DNA of 64,000 nucleotides from Candidatus Bathyarchaeota archaeon (lineage in GTDB: Archaea; Thermoproteota; Bathyarchaeia; Bathyarchaeales; Bathycorpusculaceae). Below, in pieces: positions 62,985 through 64,000 of the stretch. The notes under the pieces were generated by a model. The model was not told where the DNA came from. It did no database searches and saw only the letters and a list, made by a program, of their open reading frames with translations. The DNA is taken from positions 1,664 to 65,663 of the forward strand of contig JADGNF010000023.1 in NCBI GenBank assembly GCA_017883615.1. The letters run 5' to 3'. The first letter of the stretch is position 1. Each line of letters begins with the position of its first letter. The position numbers and the translations under genes were made by a program.

Positions 62985-63788
62985 ATGCCATTAGCCAAAA
63001 GAATAATCCCATGCTTGGACGTGACAGGCGGGTGCGTCGTTAAAGGCGTCAACTTCCTCAACCTCCAAAACGCAGGCGACCCAGTCGAACTCGCAAAACG
63101 ATACTCCGACGCAGGCGCAGACGAACTCGTCTTCCTAGACATCACCGCCTCGTCAGATAACCGCGAAACGCTCCGAGACGTTGTAGAGGGCGTCGCAAAA
63201 GCAATTAACATCCCGTTCACAGTTGGCGGTGGCATACGCAGCGAATCCGACGCTCGTTTGGTCCTATGTAGTGGCGCAGACAAAACCTCCGTCAACACCT
63301 CAGCAGTCGAAAACCCCAAGCTCATTTCGAAACTGGCAGACCTGTTTGGGCAGCAATGCGTAGTTGTTGCCATAGACGCAAAAAGAAACTATTCTAAACA
63401 AAAAGAAAAAGTCACTGTTGAGACGGCTGCTGGGGAGTGCTGGTTTGAAGTTTACACGTATGGCGGACGCAAACCCACTGGCATAGACGCCGTTCAGTGG
63501 TCAACAAAAGCTATGGAGCTGGGTGCCGGCGAGTTTTTAGTGACGTCGATGGATTGCGACGGAACAAAAAACGGCTTCGACCTCGACCTGACCCGCGCAA
63601 TATCGGAGCGGGTGAACGTACCCGTCATCGCAAGCGGAGGCGCAGGCAAACCCGAGCACTTCTTGGAAGCCTTCACGAAAGGCAAAGCCGACGCCGCGTT
63701 GGCAGCGTCAGTTTTCCACTATAACCAGTACCCCGTCTCAGTTGTCAAAGATTATTTGCGAAAGATGGGGGTGACAATTAGACCATGA
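62985..63788 (+). CDS. hisF: imidazole glycerol phosphate synthase, cyclase subunit
   Basis: 267 aa. Contains [29 protein letters not shown] and IASGGAG. Confidence 0.95.
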   Translation: MPLAKRIIPCLDVTGGCVVKGVNFLNLQNAGDPVELAKRYSDAGADELVFLDITASSDNRETLRDVVEGVAKAINIPFTVGGGIRSESDARLVLCSGADKTSVNTSAVENPKLISKLADLFGQQCVVVAIDAKRNYSKQKEKVTVETAAGECWFEVYTYGGRKPTGIDAVQWSTKAMELGAGEFLVTSMDCDGTKNGFDLDLTRAISERVNVPVIASGGAGKPEHFLEAFTKGKADAALAASVFHYNQYPVSVVKDYLRKMGVTIRP

Positions 63789-64000
63789 CCGAAACTAACC
63801 TCGTAGAAAAGATAGATTGGAAGAAGATGGACGGACTCATACCCGTCGTAGTGCAAGATGTTAAAACCAAAGAAGTCCTGATGCTGGCATATGCTAACAA
63901 AGAAGCATTGCAAAACACCCTCAAGACAGGAAAAGCTACCTATTGGAGCCGTAGCAGGAAAGGCCTTTGGGTTAAGGGCGAAACCAGCGGACACACACAG
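63785..64000 (+). CDS. hisI: phosphoribosyl-AMP cyclohydrolase (HisI, possibly HisIE), truncated at the right window edge
   Basis: ATG 63785 overlaps the hisF stop as ATGA. My translation is [72 protein letters not shown], which is typical HisI. Confidence 0.9.
   Translation, partial: MTETNLVEKIDWKKMDGLIPVVVQDVKTKEVLMLAYANKEALQNTLKTGKATYWSRSRKGLWVKGETSGHTQ

Noticed and set aside
1-64000. CRISPR arrays, rRNA genes, transposases, integrases or long terminal or inverted repeats
   Set aside because: I noticed no regularly spaced 25-40-bp repeats, no rRNA-like sequence and no transposase- or integrase-like ORF. I also saw no flanking direct repeats around the TIR island or the vapBC insertion by eye. 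A computational repeat search would be needed to be certain.

Overview
This is an archaeal chromosomal segment. The evidence is TFB, Alba, Gar1, PAC2, ribosomal proteins L7Ae/S28e/L24e/L40e, an archaeal-type AspRS and an A1:U72 initiator tRNA. The gene content suggests an anaerobic, uncultured-type archaeon; Bathyarchaeia-like is only a guess.

Order of content:
- hypF (truncated at the left edge), a vapBC toxin-antitoxin pair, an acyl-CoA synthetase and an AhpD-like protein.
- A minus-strand operon encoding a tandem ferredoxin/MvhD-like fusion protein plus an NfnAB/SudAB-like oxidoreductase.
- A visibly AT-richer two-gene island containing a TIR-domain protein.
- trxB, a GDT1-family transporter, and a glycosylation cluster (GT2, three GT-C membrane enzymes, one unknown protein).
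- An oxidative-stress and redox block: flavodoxin, ferritin-like protein, two Cys-rich regulators, HtrA, a VIT-family protein, FprA, OsmC and PDO.
- A copper locus: a YHS chaperone-like protein, a YHS-type CopA and a PadR-TRASH regulator.
- Parvulin, and hypA with an Mrp-type ATPase.
- A purine cluster: purF, purD, an unknown gene, an Ftr-like gene and a PfkB kinase, converging on purQLSM.
- tRNA-Gly, cobT, aspS, Alba, L40e, sucD with a disrupted sucC, Lrp, DUF116, TFB/Gar1, L7Ae-S28e-L24e, the initiator tRNA and PAC2.
- A compact hisGDCBHAFI operon that runs off the right edge.

Most notable observations:
1. Three conserved genes (purF, the Mrp/HypB-type ATPase, the NfnA-like gene) have essential N-terminal coding sequence upstream of any ATG/GTG/TTG. 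An in-frame ATA sits where the start should be, and in two cases it forms an ATAA stop/start overlap.
2. The TIR two-gene island is a candidate uncharacterised defence module.
3. The ferredoxin-MvhD tandem fusion is coupled to the NfnAB-like genes.
4. sucC carries both an in-frame TAG and a 1-nt frameshift.
5. ATCT-N5-AGAT palindromes are shared by the divergent cop promoters.

No rRNA, CRISPR array or transposase was recognised.
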